DNA of 64,000 bases, from the IMG/VR virus record IMGVR_UViG_2934336660_000001, positions 38,900 through 102,899 of that record; one strand, written 5' to 3'. Position numbers and translations under genes: made by a program. Source of the stretch: a virus (Duplodnaviria; Caudoviricetes). This document shows positions 36,831-46,403 of this stretch, piece by piece (positions within the stretch are counted from its first letter, which is position 1; the number at the start of each line of letters is the position of its first letter). Below the pieces are notes generated by a model that saw nothing but the letters and a program-made list of their open reading frames with translations, did no database searches and was not told the DNA's origin.

Positions 36831-37459
36831 CGCTGCACCGCCTCAGCGAAGTCGGCCGGGTTGTACGCCGGGTCGATGTGCCCCGGGTTCACCCCGCGCC
36901 GCACAAGGACGTCAACCAGCCAGTCCTCCCACTCGCCGTTCAGCGCACCCAGCTCGGGGGTGAGGTCCCAGATCAGTTCGGGTGCGTAGTCGGTCCGATC
37001 TGTGAGAGCCGCCGCCGCAGCCGTCGCGGCGGTTGCGGCGAGGGTGAGATAGCCGAGGTCGGGGCGTGAACCTCCGGCAGTGGTGGGCGTTACGGTGCGG
37101 ATCGCGTCCCGGAACGTGGCGTAGGCGGCGAGGGCGTCAGCCGCGTAGTGCCGCACCCAGGCGTCACGGGTGGCGGCGTCGCGGGTCGCCGGGGGCGGGG
37201 CGAGACGGTGCGCAGCGTTGAAGGGGGTTTCGGTAGTCGTGTCGGTCATGGTTGCCTCCTCAGGCGTCGTAGTCGGGTTGGCCGCAAGGGTTCCGTGCAC
37301 CGGGCAGGCGGGCTGCCTCGCGCGCACAAACCCTGTGACGGTCGGCAGCAGGGTGCACCATCCGCACCGGTCGGCAAGGTTGCCGTTCACATCTGGCCGA
37401 ATGACGTGACGTTCAAAACCGGCGGCGGTGAAGTCCGGGTTGGTGGGGTGGGCGGCCAT
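36827..37459 (-). CDS. hypothetical protein (start uncertain)
   Basis: Coupled ORF; internal RBS GAGGAGG before MTDTT. Confidence 0.55.
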   Translation of the reverse strand: MAAHPTNPDFTAAGFERHVIRPDVNGNLADRCGWCTLLPTVTGFVRARQPACPVHGTLAANPTTTPEEATMTDTTTETPFNAAHRLAPPPATRDAATRDAWVRHYAADALAAYATFRDAIRTVTPTTAGGSRPDLGYLTLAATAATAAAAALTDRTDYAPELIWDLTPELGALNGEWEDWLVDVLVRRGVNPGHIDPAYNPADFAEAVQR

Positions 37460-38073
37460 CAGACACCACCCAGGATCGGTAGGGGCTGCGGGCGGTTCGG
37501 GTACAGCAGGTGGTCGAGCCGGGCGGGGGACGGCATGGTCACCGTGCGGGCTTCCGGGTTGACGAGGATCATCGGCAGGCGCATCCGGTGGGCTTTCTCC
37601 ACCGCCGAGAACGTGCCCCCGTCACGCTTCGACGGGCACCACACGGCAAGGCACGCGTCAGCCGCAGCCAACATCCCGTCGTTGCGCTCGTGCAGCAGCC
37701 GCACCACCACCCGCTTACGGGCGTGCTCGGCCAAGCCAGCGAGGTCCCCATACGGCACCACCTCGGCGGCCAAGGCGCGCAGCCGATGCCATTCGGCGAC
37801 CGCCTGCGGGTTGCGGCGCCGCCACGGGTCCGGTTGCTGCGGGAACGGAATGTGCGCCACGAACGGCACCCCGGCACGGTGCACGGCGTCCGCCCACCAC
37901 AGGTCGGCGCCCAACGCCATACCGGAAATCCCGCACGTCATGCCGTGCACGTCACGCAGCTTCAGCGCCAGGCGGTCCAGCTCGCGGCGCACCCAGTCAT
38001 GCAGGGATTCGGGGCGCAGGTGTTGGGGGCGGTGGCCGGTCACCATCACCGTCGGCCACACCGGGGCGGTCAC
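37459..38073 (-). CDS. SLOG-superfamily (YspA/DUF1273-like) protein
   Basis: VMVTGHRP..ISGMALGAD..PF..Q..RN..M..GGT. Confidence 0.8.
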   Translation of the reverse strand: MTAPVWPTVMVTGHRPQHLRPESLHDWVRRELDRLALKLRDVHGMTCGISGMALGADLWWADAVHRAGVPFVAHIPFPQQPDPWRRRNPQAVAEWHRLRALAAEVVPYGDLAGLAEHARKRVVVRLLHERNDGMLAAADACLAVWCPSKRDGGTFSAVEKAHRMRLPMILVNPEARTVTMPSPARLDHLLYPNRPQPLPILGGV

Positions 38074-38291
38074 GTCAACGCTCCGTCGATCAGCGCGAAC
38101 CGGGGACGCGCCTGCCGGGTGGGCCGCGCGGACGTGTCGGGCTCAGCGGCGTTGCCAAGGACCACGCGCAGCTTTGGACGTGCAGACGTCAGAACCTCGG
38201 GCGGCGCCGTCCATGTCGCGTCCAGCCCAACCGCGGGTCATCTGCGGCGGCGGCTGATTCCCGGCGCGGCCGTACCGCTCGTCGTCGTCGA

Positions 38292-39647
38292 TCACGGCAT
38301 GGCCATGGACACGAAACGGTTCAAGTGCAGTTGGGCGGCGACCTCAACGGTGCCGCGAGCGCCACCGCGGTTTTTCTCCACGATCAAATCGGCCTCCCCG
38401 AGGCGTTTCGTCTTGTCGAACTGCTCATCCCGGTGCACAAAAATCACCACGTCGGCGTGGGCTTCGATGCCGCCCGACTCCTTCAAGTCGGTCAGGACAG
38501 GCCGCTTGTCTGCGCGCTGCGCGTACGCCCGGTTCATCTGCGCCAACAGCACCACCGCGAGGTCCAATTCACCGGCGAGGTTCTTCGCCGACCGGGCCAT
38601 CTCGTCGATTTGCTGGTTTCGGGGTGCGCTCGACGCGGACTCGATCAACCCCAGGTAGTCGATGACGACGAGCTCCAGGCCGTGCTGCTGCTTCAACCGT
38701 CGGGCGCGAACCCGAATGTCGGCCATGGTCAGGCCCTTGGTGTCATCAATCCACAGCGGCGCGTCTTCGGTTTGCCCGCACACCCGGGCGATGGCCGTCC
38801 AGTCGTCGGTGTCCAACGTCCCGTCGGTGACCTTGTCCGACGGCACCCGAGCGGCGGCGCAGATCAGCCGGTTGAACAACTCCTGCTCGGTCATCTCCAT
38901 CGACCACACGCCCGTCGCGCAGGCGTGCTCAAACGCGGCCGACCGGACGAAGTCACCCGCGCCCAACGTCGACTTACCGCCACCGGGTATGCCGGCCACC
39001 ACGTACAGGCGTTGCTTCTGCAACCCGTGGATCAGCCGGTCCAGGTCGGGGATGCCGGTGGGGATGCCAGGTGGCCCGGATCCTTCCTCGGCGGCGAGTT
39101 CGATCGCGTCCAGGCCGGGGCGGATGATGTCCCGCCACCGCTTCGGCCCACCATCCCCAGCGGCGCGCATCCCCAGGTCCGAGATCATCACGCGGGTGCG
39201 TTCCAACAGCGACGCCGGGTTGCTCGCGGCACCGGAGCGGATGTCGTTGCGCGCCTTCTCCAACCCGGCGTCGAAGTCCCGCAACAGTGCCTTGTCGGCG
39301 ACCGTCCGCGCGTAGTACGTCGCCTCACCCACCGGGGCACCCACCGGAACCGCCTCAAGCAGTTCGTCCAGGTACAGGACGCCGCCCGGCATCCGGGTGA
39401 GTAGCTTCTCGTCCGCCAAATACCCGGCCACACTCGTCGGGTCCGTCTTGCGGCCCTTCTCCCGCAGATAAGTGATGGCCTCGAACAGCAGCGGGTGGCA
39501 CGGCTTGTGGAACGACCCCGCCGACACGATCGCCTCCACCTCGCCGATGACCAGCGGGTCGCGAAGCATCGCCCCCAACACCACCTGCTCGGCGCCGTGG
39601 TCGTAGAACACGGTCACCGGGTCGGCGCGGTCCAACGTGTCTGTCAC
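38292..39647 (-). CDS. dnaB: replicative DNA helicase
   Basis: AEQVVLGAML; AGIPGGGKS; SMEM; IDYLGL; AQMNR..DLKESG.IE..AD; KNRGG. Confidence 0.93.
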   Translation of the reverse strand: MTDTLDRADPVTVFYDHGAEQVVLGAMLRDPLVIGEVEAIVSAGSFHKPCHPLLFEAITYLREKGRKTDPTSVAGYLADEKLLTRMPGGVLYLDELLEAVPVGAPVGEATYYARTVADKALLRDFDAGLEKARNDIRSGAASNPASLLERTRVMISDLGMRAAGDGGPKRWRDIIRPGLDAIELAAEEGSGPPGIPTGIPDLDRLIHGLQKQRLYVVAGIPGGGKSTLGAGDFVRSAAFEHACATGVWSMEMTEQELFNRLICAAARVPSDKVTDGTLDTDDWTAIARVCGQTEDAPLWIDDTKGLTMADIRVRARRLKQQHGLELVVIDYLGLIESASSAPRNQQIDEMARSAKNLAGELDLAVVLLAQMNRAYAQRADKRPVLTDLKESGGIEAHADVVIFVHRDEQFDKTKRLGEADLIVEKNRGGARGTVEVAAQLHLNRFVSMAMP

Positions 39648-40315
39648 GGCAGGTCACCGCCGCGCCGCCGGTCCGAACCCTTCAACCCGATCTGCACGCT
39701 GGTGGACAGGCGGGACACCACCCGCTCGTCAACGTCGGCGCGCAGACCGTCGGCGTCCAGGTTGGTGGTGGTGATCGTCGGCAGTTGGTTCGCCCACCGT
39801 GCGTCCATCAGCCGGTACAGGGTGTCCTCCGTCCAGTCGGTGGACTTCCCGGCGGCCAGGTCGTCGAAGACGAGCAGATCAACGGTTTGGTAGTCGGCGA
39901 GCGCCCGCAGGTGCCGGTCGTCGGATTGGGGGCGCATCGCGGCGTTGAACTCCGGGTGGGAAGTCACGGCGTACGTCATCCGCCGGCAGCGCTTGGCCGA
40001 CTCCAACACCACACGCCGCAGCGCCCCGAACGCCTGATGACTCTTCCCGGTGCCTACGGGGCCGAGCAGCAGCAGACCGGGGCAGGTGGTTGGGTCGCGC
40101 AGGTATGTGCCGATCCACTGCCGCACCTGCCGGTCGTCGGGTTCGGCGTGGCGGAACCGGGGCGGCAGGATCAGGTTTAGGGTCGCCTCCGCCTGCTCGA
40201 TGAGATGGTCGGCGAGGTCAAATCCGGGCCGCGGGGGGACGGTGGTCGGGTCGATGCCGCGCCGTTCCATCACTTCGCGGGCGAGGCCGCCGAGGTTGGT
40301 GCTGCTGATGTCCAC
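39644..40315 (-). CDS. DnaC/IstB-like helicase loader ATPase
   Basis: GPVGTGKS; LLVFDDL; ITTN; RVVSRL..G.DRRR. Confidence 0.88.
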   Translation of the reverse strand: MDISSTNLGGLAREVMERRGIDPTTVPPRPGFDLADHLIEQAEATLNLILPPRFRHAEPDDRQVRQWIGTYLRDPTTCPGLLLLGPVGTGKSHQAFGALRRVVLESAKRCRRMTYAVTSHPEFNAAMRPQSDDRHLRALADYQTVDLLVFDDLAAGKSTDWTEDTLYRLMDARWANQLPTITTTNLDADGLRADVDERVVSRLSTSVQIGLKGSDRRRGGDLP

Positions 40316-40329
40316 TGGCCCTCCTTCCG

Positions 40330-41313
40330 TTAGAGCTTCACGTCGTAGCGGTCTTGGTTCTCGTGGCTGTTCCGCAAGATGCGGGGGTTGGCTGGCTTCA
40401 TGCCGCCGTCCATGCGCCCGCTCTGCTGATTGCGCTCCGCTTCGATGGCCTCTTCGGCTTCCATGCGCAGGCGCAGTTGGTCGAACTTCTCGCGCAGCTT
40501 CGGGATCGACATGATGTTGCCTTTCCAGAAGTGGTGCTTCTGGGACCACCGTGTGACCCGGTGAATGTCGTCAAGGCTCCGCTTGTCGAGGTCAATCATT
40601 CGTCGAGCTTCGGCGCGCCAGTCGTTCGAGATGGTCGGGCGCTTGGATCCGTTCTTCACGATCCATTCGACGAGGTAGGTGCAAACCCTCTCGACGTCTT
40701 CGCGGTACGGCTCGGCCTTCTTCGGCTTCGACGCTCGCCTGGCCTTCCCGGTGGTCGCACCCTCCCCGAAGAGGGGAGGAGTAAGAGTTGGGTTAGTTGT
40801 AGAACTCTCCGTAGGAGAGTTCCTAATAAGGACACCTTCGGTCGACGTATCGCCTGGCGGCACGTCGGCGTATCGCCTGGCGGCATGCTCCGTATCGCCT
40901 GGCGGCATGCTCCCCCCGCCGCTCTGTGCCGCCAGGCGGCACGCTCCATCGTCATCCGCCTCTGCCTGGTGTGCGTCGGCGGCAGTCTTGGGCGTCGCTT
41001 TGGATGCCCGCGCGCGGGGTTCCCGTGCCGTATTTGGATCGCCCACGGAAAGCGCATATCCGGTCCGTGACTCGCCTTCGAACGACAATTTCCGTACCCA
41101 GCCACCCGCAGTCAGCGCGCGCATCCATTCGACAAGAGTCGATCGGGAGGCGCTGGTTGTGGCTTCGAGTTCGGTGTAGGTGGGGGCGTGCTTGGGGGCG
41201 ATTTCGGCGGTGCTGGCGTTCGTCTCGGACAGCAGCATCATGAGGATGCATTTGCCAGTGATGTCGATGCTCGACGCCTTCACGGCCTTCTCCACCTCCC
41301 ACCGCGTCGTCAC
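40330..41313 (-). CDS. phage replication initiator (lambda O-like)
   Basis: N-terminal wHTH; central iterons; FWKGNIMSIPKLREKFDQL C-terminal domain. Confidence 0.8.
   Translation of the reverse strand: MTTRWEVEKAVKASSIDITGKCILMMLLSETNASTAEIAPKHAPTYTELEATTSASRSTLVEWMRALTAGGWVRKLSFEGESRTGYALSVGDPNTAREPRARASKATPKTAADAHQAEADDDGACRLAAQSGGGSMPPGDTEHAARRYADVPPGDTSTEGVLIRNSPTESSTTNPTLTPPLFGEGATTGKARRASKPKKAEPYREDVERVCTYLVEWIVKNGSKRPTISNDWRAEARRMIDLDKRSLDDIHRVTRWSQKHHFWKGNIMSIPKLREKFDQLRLRMEAEEAIEAERNQQSGRMDGGMKPANPRILRNSHENQDRYDVKL
40846..40938. repeat. iterons (putative replication origin)
   Basis: CGTATCGCCTGGCGGCA at 40846, 40869 and 40891; inverted partial copy at 40927-40938. Confidence 0.75.
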
Positions 41314-42296
41314 TGGGAAACCTCGCCTCCCTTGCCCTGCGACCAGTCGTGCTCAGCGAACCGCTCCGAGATTTCACGTCCGACGATGACGACTGCCCAT
41401 GCCTCAACGTCTTGGATCGAGTAGGGCTCGTCGGAGACAAAGGCCACGTCCCGTTCGGCCCGTTCGAGCAGCAGCCGCCGGAACGGCTCGGGCAGGGCGG
41501 CAAGAAGGGATGTTGCTGCGTTCCGGTGCCCTGTCACTTCGCTCCACGCGTTGCGGGCTGAGATAACGGCCGCCCGGTCTAGCAGCTCTGCTTCGCTGGG
41601 GTTGTCGACACCGTCTTCCGTGGCCTCGTCCAGGGCTTCGCGCCGTAGCGCATCCTGCTCGCCCACGGCCCACTCAAGGACAGCCCGCGCCAGCATCGGG
41701 CTTCCACTGTCACGCTCCGAACTGCCGCTGCGGGCATCGTCGAGCATGGCTGCGGCAGCCTCGTGCAGATCCTTCACGCGCCGCCACGCGATGCCGCACA
41801 TGTAGCGGAAGATCCGGTCCACGGGGATTGTCTTGTTCCGCATCGCCTGGTCGACGCAGTCGAGCAGTACGGGCATGGGCAAGCCAGCAGCCACGAGCCG
41901 GCTGACGCTGTCCATCCAGTCGTCGTCGCGTGGGAAAGTGCGATCACCCCCGTACGTCCACCGCTGCCATGCCTCGTCGAACTCGGCTCGATTGCGGGCC
42001 TGAGCGTCGAGGTTGGCGAGCATTCGATGGGCTGCCGCCTTTTGCGCCTCGGCCCACCGAACGGCATCCGCGCTGACCTGAGCGACTACGGCGGCGTCAG
42101 GGGGTGTAGCCGACTTGCCTCCGTTGCAGTCGGCGCAGAGGGCGCGCAGGTTTTCGGGGGTGCTGGGGCCGCCGAGTGCTTCCGGAAGAACGTGGTCAAC
42201 CTCCAACTGCACCTCGGGCGCGCTCCGCCCGCAGCTCTGGCAGCGGTGGCTGTCGCGCCGGAGTATTTGGAACCGCAGTGTGCGGCTGACTGCCAC
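41310..42296 (-). CDS. HNH-domain protein
   Basis: RFQILRRD..CQSCG..VDHVLP..GG..NL..LCADCNGGKS. Confidence 0.85.
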   Translation of the reverse strand: MAVSRTLRFQILRRDSHRCQSCGRSAPEVQLEVDHVLPEALGGPSTPENLRALCADCNGGKSATPPDAAVVAQVSADAVRWAEAQKAAAHRMLANLDAQARNRAEFDEAWQRWTYGGDRTFPRDDDWMDSVSRLVAAGLPMPVLLDCVDQAMRNKTIPVDRIFRYMCGIAWRRVKDLHEAAAAMLDDARSGSSERDSGSPMLARAVLEWAVGEQDALRREALDEATEDGVDNPSEAELLDRAAVISARNAWSEVTGHRNAATSLLAALPEPFRRLLLERAERDVAFVSDEPYSIQDVEAWAVVIVGREISERFAEHDWSQGKGGEVSQ

Positions 42297-42490
42297 TGAA
42301 TCTCCTGTGCTGGTCGAGAGTTCGAGCACGTCGCTGGCTTGACGGGCTGCCTGTGGTGGCGTCGCCCTGATCATTACCTTACACTGAACCTTACAGTAGA
42401 GCTACCACCGAGACTTACGGGAGAGTCATGACGACTGCGGTCCACCCCGACCTGCAAGGCGGTCCTTACGGGGAGCCGTACACTGCCGCT

Positions 42491-42700
42491 ATGGCAAAGC
42501 GTCCGATCGTCGGTGCCCAGCAGGCGCGAGAGAAGTTCAGCGACCTGCTGGACGCCGTGGCCCGCGGTGAACACCCGGTTGTGCTTCGCCGCAGCACGCC
42601 GGCCGGGCTGCTGGTGTCGCCCGCCTGGTACAAGAAGGCGGCCGAACTGATGGGCGACCCGTGGGACGACTGGTCCCCGCCGCCCGAGCAAACCGACTAG
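42491..42700 (+). CDS. Phd/YefM-like DNA-binding protein
   Basis: AREKFSDLLDAVARGE..V.RRSTPAGLLVS; TACACT 6 nt before the ATG. Confidence 0.75.
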   Translation: MAKRPIVGAQQAREKFSDLLDAVARGEHPVVLRRSTPAGLLVSPAWYKKAAELMGDPWDDWSPPPEQTD

Positions 42701-42705
42701 CCCTC

Positions 42706-42915
42706 TCACGCCACCTCACCCGACCCCGTCACGGTGTCGGGCTTTCCTGCTGCCCCCGGCGCGCGCTCGTCGCAGCACCACCCACGCGCGTACAACCGGG
42801 CTGGTGTCTTCCCGCATGCTTTGACCCCGACAGCGCACGGTTTGGTTAGCGGCGCTGGACGGTCAACTGCTGGGGCGCGGCGTCGGCTGTCGAGCTGGAT
42901 TACCTTCGCGGTCAT
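42706..42915 (-). CDS. small Cys-containing protein
   Basis: RBS GGAGGTG; CGKTPARLYARGWCC. Confidence 0.6.
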   Translation of the reverse strand: MTAKVIQLDSRRRAPAVDRPAPLTKPCAVGVKACGKTPARLYARGWCCDERAPGAAGKPDTVTGSGEVA

Positions 42916-42931
42916 CGGGGGTCACCTCCGG

Positions 42932-43600
42932 TCAGGGACGGTTGGTGCGGCCCGCCAGGGCCCGAGCAGCCTTCGCCTGCCGCTCATCTGCGGAGCTTCG
43001 GGCATTCGCCTGCCGGCACGCCTCATCGATCGGCTCACCGCGCCGCTTGTGCCGACGGAACGCCGCAGACGTGCCGCACGGCTTCAAATTTGTCGCCGTC
43101 GTCGCGGCCAGCCAATGCCCGCCGCCGCCGTTCGGGTAGGCGCTGGGAATGTTGTGCCGGCTGCGGCACCCCTTGATGTTGTTGACGGTCCATCCGAGCC
43201 GGTTGGCGATCCGCCGATCGGTCCACCCGTCGGCGGCGAGACGGGCAATCTGCTCCCGATCGTCGTCCACGTTGCGTCCGTCGGGGCCGGTGTTGCAGCG
43301 GTCGCAGCGGGCATGGTGCGGCTGGTCCGGAACGCAGTCCTGGCCGCAGCCCCGGCAGACGAGGGGCGTCCGTCCGGAGGCCAACCGCTGCCGTTCCGTT
43401 GCCGTGTAGCCGCCCCACACACCCCACGGCTCGTCGGTTTCGAGAGCGAGGGCGAGGCAGCTGCCGCGGGCCGGGCAGCCTTTGCACCCCGCCTTGGCGT
43501 CGTTATTGCGGCTGCCGTCGTACCACTTCTCCGGGTCCGCAGCGCACGGCAGGACGGTGAGCCGGCGGGACGGAATGGGGGTGACGGCGACGGAGGTCAT
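42932..43600 (-). CDS. WhiB-family fusion (WhiB, Zn finger, HTH, CGT motif)
   Basis: C..DPEKW..CKGCP..C..WGVWGG..ER; TDRRIANRLGWT; PCGT.AA..RH..GEP...AC. Confidence 0.8.
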   Translation of the reverse strand: MTSVAVTPIPSRRLTVLPCAADPEKWYDGSRNNDAKAGCKGCPARGSCLALALETDEPWGVWGGYTATERQRLASGRTPLVCRGCGQDCVPDQPHHARCDRCNTGPDGRNVDDDREQIARLAADGWTDRRIANRLGWTVNNIKGCRSRHNIPSAYPNGGGGHWLAATTATNLKPCGTSAAFRRHKRRGEPIDEACRQANARSSADERQAKAARALAGRTNRP

Positions 43601-44730
43601 CGGCTCACCCGGATCGGCATGATCAGGTAGCGGTGGTCGAGGGTGGGCTCGCCGTCGTCGTCGGCGGGGGAGATAACCGCGGGCTTGAACGCGTCCACGA
43701 ACCCGATGTGGGCGGTTGCCGTACCGAGACTGTGCAGCCCGTCGATCAGATACTGCGGGTTGAAGCCGACAGTCAGCGTGGGCTGCCCGGCGTAGGAGCC
43801 GATGCCGAGGGCTTCCGAGGCGCGGGCCTCCTCAGCGCCGCCGGCTTCCACCACAACCGCGTCGCCGCCGTCGGTGAACGTGAGCAGGACGGGTGTGGCC
43901 CGTTCGGCGACTAGGGCGACCCGCTTTACCGTCTCGATCAGTGAGGCGACCGGCACGCGGGCGGCGCTGGGGTACGACGTGGGGAACAGGCTGCGCACCG
44001 GCGGGTAGTTGACCCCGTCGAGCAGTCGGGACGTGGTCTTACGCTGCCCGATGGCGAACCCAACAAGCCCGTTCGCGTCAGGGTCGTGGCTGATGTCCAC
44101 CGACCCCACACCCCACGTTTTCGCGGTGTCGGTGAGGAGCTTCGCCGGCACCAACACGTCAAGGTTCAGGCCGGATTCGGCCGGGTTGATGGTGATGTCG
44201 CGGTGGGCGAGGCGGTACCGGTCGGTTGCCAGCAGCGACAGGGTGTTGCCCCGAAGTTCGAGGCGGACCCCGGTCATCATGGGCAGGGCCGCGTCGCGGC
44301 CGGCCGCGACACCGACTTGCGCGACGGCCTGGGCGAGGGCGGCAGCGTCGGCGGTGGCAACGGTGGCGGGCAGGCCGGGAAGCTGCGGATAGTCCTCCAC
44401 GGGCATGGTGGGGAGGGTGAACCGGGCGGACCCGCACACCAGTTCCAGATGGGTGCCGGCCGACGCCAGTTCGACGGGCTTGTGCGGGAGCGCCTTGGTG
44501 ATGGCGGCGAGCAGCCGGGCTGCCACAACAACAGTGCCGGGGTCGGTGACGGTGCCGCGCACCCATGAGCGGCTGGACACCTCGTAGTCGAACCCGGATA
44601 CGGTCAACCCGTCATCAACGGTGGTGAGGAGAATGCCGGCGAGGATCGGCACTGAGGGGCGGTTGGGGGTGGCGTCGGCGGCGGCGGTAACAGCGTCAGC
44701 GAACGCGTCACGCTCAACGGTCAGTTTCAT
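43597..44730 (-). CDS. dnaN: DNA polymerase III beta sliding clamp
   Basis: SGFDYEVS; PVEDYP; ATDRYRL; FNPQYL; YLIMPIR. An alternative start lies at about 44799. Confidence 0.93.
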   Translation of the reverse strand: MKLTVERDAFADAVTAAADATPNRPSVPILAGILLTTVDDGLTVSGFDYEVSSRSWVRGTVTDPGTVVVAARLLAAITKALPHKPVELASAGTHLELVCGSARFTLPTMPVEDYPQLPGLPATVATADAAALAQAVAQVGVAAGRDAALPMMTGVRLELRGNTLSLLATDRYRLAHRDITINPAESGLNLDVLVPAKLLTDTAKTWGVGSVDISHDPDANGLVGFAIGQRKTTSRLLDGVNYPPVRSLFPTSYPSAARVPVASLIETVKRVALVAERATPVLLTFTDGGDAVVVEAGGAEEARASEALGIGSYAGQPTLTVGFNPQYLIDGLHSLGTATAHIGFVDAFKPAVISPADDDGEPTLDHRYLIMPIRVSR

Positions 44731-44798
44731 GCGGCGGGCCGACTCCGACGGGCAGGGCAGCACATCGTTAGCACCTCGTGCGACCACAACGGTGCTCA

Positions 44799-45071
44799 TC
44801 ACGCCGCCCCAGGCTGGTCACTGAAAGCGACCTCTGGTGCTTTGCTGCCTCGCCGGGTGCGCCCCATCCACGCCTCCCCGTCACGGGTGACCTCGATGCG
44901 CCCGTCGATGTGCAGGCGCACCCACCCGCAGTCCTCCATGTGGAAGATGAGCAGGTCAAGGTTGGAGAACTTGCCTTTGTCGTCCACGTACTCGTAGGTG
45001 AACGGGTTGCGGCGGATCCGCCCGGCGTTGATGGCGTTGATGAGGCGTTCGTAGGTGCGGTAGTCGGTCAT
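44799..45071 (-). CDS. hypothetical protein
   Basis: RBS CAGGA; MTDYRTYERL. Confidence 0.55.
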   Translation of the reverse strand: MTDYRTYERLINAINAGRIRRNPFTYEYVDDKGKFSNLDLLIFHMEDCGWVRLHIDGRIEVTRDGEAWMGRTRRGSKAPEVAFSDQPGAA

Positions 45072-45136
45072 GGTGTTGTCCTGGTTTCGGGGTGCGGGGC
45101 CCGCCCCGATGCTGGGGCGGGCCATGGTGCTGGCGG

Positions 45137-45442
45137 TCATGCGGTGCCCCACAGGGCGTTGACGCCACCGAGGCGCTTCAGGGTGCGGCGCTCGTCCTCC
45201 GACAGGCCGCCGGCCACCCCGAACTCCATGTGGTCGAGCGCCCAGGTCAGGCACTGGTCGCGGACCGGGCATCGGTGGCACACCGCTCGGGCCTGCTCGA
45301 CCTGCAACAGCGCCGGCCCGGACGTGCCTACCGGGTGAAATAGCTCTGGATCTTCATCCCGGCAGGCCGACGCGTGCCGCCAGTCGCCGCCGCGCTCGGC
45401 CTCAACACGGGTGCTGGCGACCTTCGACGCGTGGCGGGTCAC
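45137..45442 (-). CDS. whiB: WhiB-family transcription factor (WhiB1-like)
   Basis: DWRHASACRDEDPELF..G.SGPALLQ..CHRCPV..C..GVAGGLSEDERR. Confidence 0.9.
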   Translation of the reverse strand: MTRHASKVASTRVEAERGGDWRHASACRDEDPELFHPVGTSGPALLQVEQARAVCHRCPVRDQCLTWALDHMEFGVAGGLSEDERRTLKRLGGVNALWGTA

Positions 45443-45930
45443 AGCGCACCCCCGTTGGCGATCTCCAACAGGACGTCGCCGTGGCAGGCGTCGCCGGGCT
45501 TGCACCAGCAGGCGAGGTTCTTGCCGGCCAGTTCGCGGCGGATGTCATCGACCGTGACCTTGAGGAAGTGGCCCCCACGACTCGGGTAGGCCATGCGCAT
45601 CCCGAACGTCGGGCCGGTGAGGGTGAGGCGGTACAGCTCGACGAGTTCGGCGCGAGTGCCCCACCGGACGTACGTCTCCACCTGGTCCAGGTCACGTGAG
45701 CCGTCGATGGGGAGGAACATGTCGTGGCGGTTGCCGTCGCGGCTGATGCGGCCCTCGTGGTCCCAGTCGCGGCCGAACCGCTCGTGGTGCTTCGGCCCGT
45801 AGTGGACGAGCCCCCACTGGCCCCGGTAGGTGAACGGGTTGCCGAACAGGGTGGGACGGCCGACGTAGACGGTGTTCTCGGGCATCCGCCATCCGGCGGT
45901 GCGCTGGCGCTGGATCCGCTGCGGGCTCAC
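45439..45930 (-). CDS. DUF4326-like protein
   Basis: YVGRPT.FGNPF..LAGKNLACWC..CHGDVL. Confidence 0.8.
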   Translation of the reverse strand: MSPQRIQRQRTAGWRMPENTVYVGRPTLFGNPFTYRGQWGLVHYGPKHHERFGRDWDHEGRISRDGNRHDMFLPIDGSRDLDQVETYVRWGTRAELVELYRLTLTGPTFGMRMAYPSRGGHFLKVTVDDIRRELAGKNLACWCKPGDACHGDVLLEIANGGAL

Positions 45931-46403
45931 GCGGTCACCGCCACACGGACACCTCGGAGGTTGAGGGCGCGAATCTCCGCCGCCTGCCGCCCCAGTTGAG
46001 CAGCGGGGTCGAAGTCGGGACCGAACCACGGGTACGGGTCGTCCTGATCGCGCATCTCGCGCGCCTCGTCAGCCATCTCCTCAAGCTCGATCGCCAGATC
46101 AGCCTGCTCGGCCTTAACTCGCAGGTACGGCCGGATCGCCTCAATGACTGGCAGTGCGCTTCGGCCGTACCGCTGCCACTGAAACTGCGGCCGGTGGTGC
46201 TCCCGATTGCCCCGCGGAATGTAGGTGCGGACGTTGCCGCCAAACAGGCTCGCGGCCAGGTCGTGCGGCTCGCGGCGAGTCCCGGCGATGCCGATGGCTG
46301 CACCATAGAACTGACGACCCTTGTGCTTGGTGATCGCAGCGGTGACGTAGCCGTCACTGTCCACAACACCAGCGAGGTAGGCGAGAACGGTTGGGTCAGA
46401 CAT
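45927..46403 (-). CDS. LAGLIDADG homing endonuclease
   Basis: LAYLAGVVDSDG..PYLRVKAEQA. Confidence 0.85.
   Translation of the reverse strand: MSDPTVLAYLAGVVDSDGYVTAAITKHKGRQFYGAAIGIAGTRREPHDLAASLFGGNVRTYIPRGNREHHRPQFQWQRYGRSALPVIEAIRPYLRVKAEQADLAIELEEMADEAREMRDQDDPYPWFGPDFDPAAQLGRQAAEIRALNLRGVRVAVTA

Noticed and set aside
38070-38295. Possible frameshifted small gene between dnaB and SLOG
   Set aside because: The start and end appear to be in different frames and there is no homology evidence to support a call.
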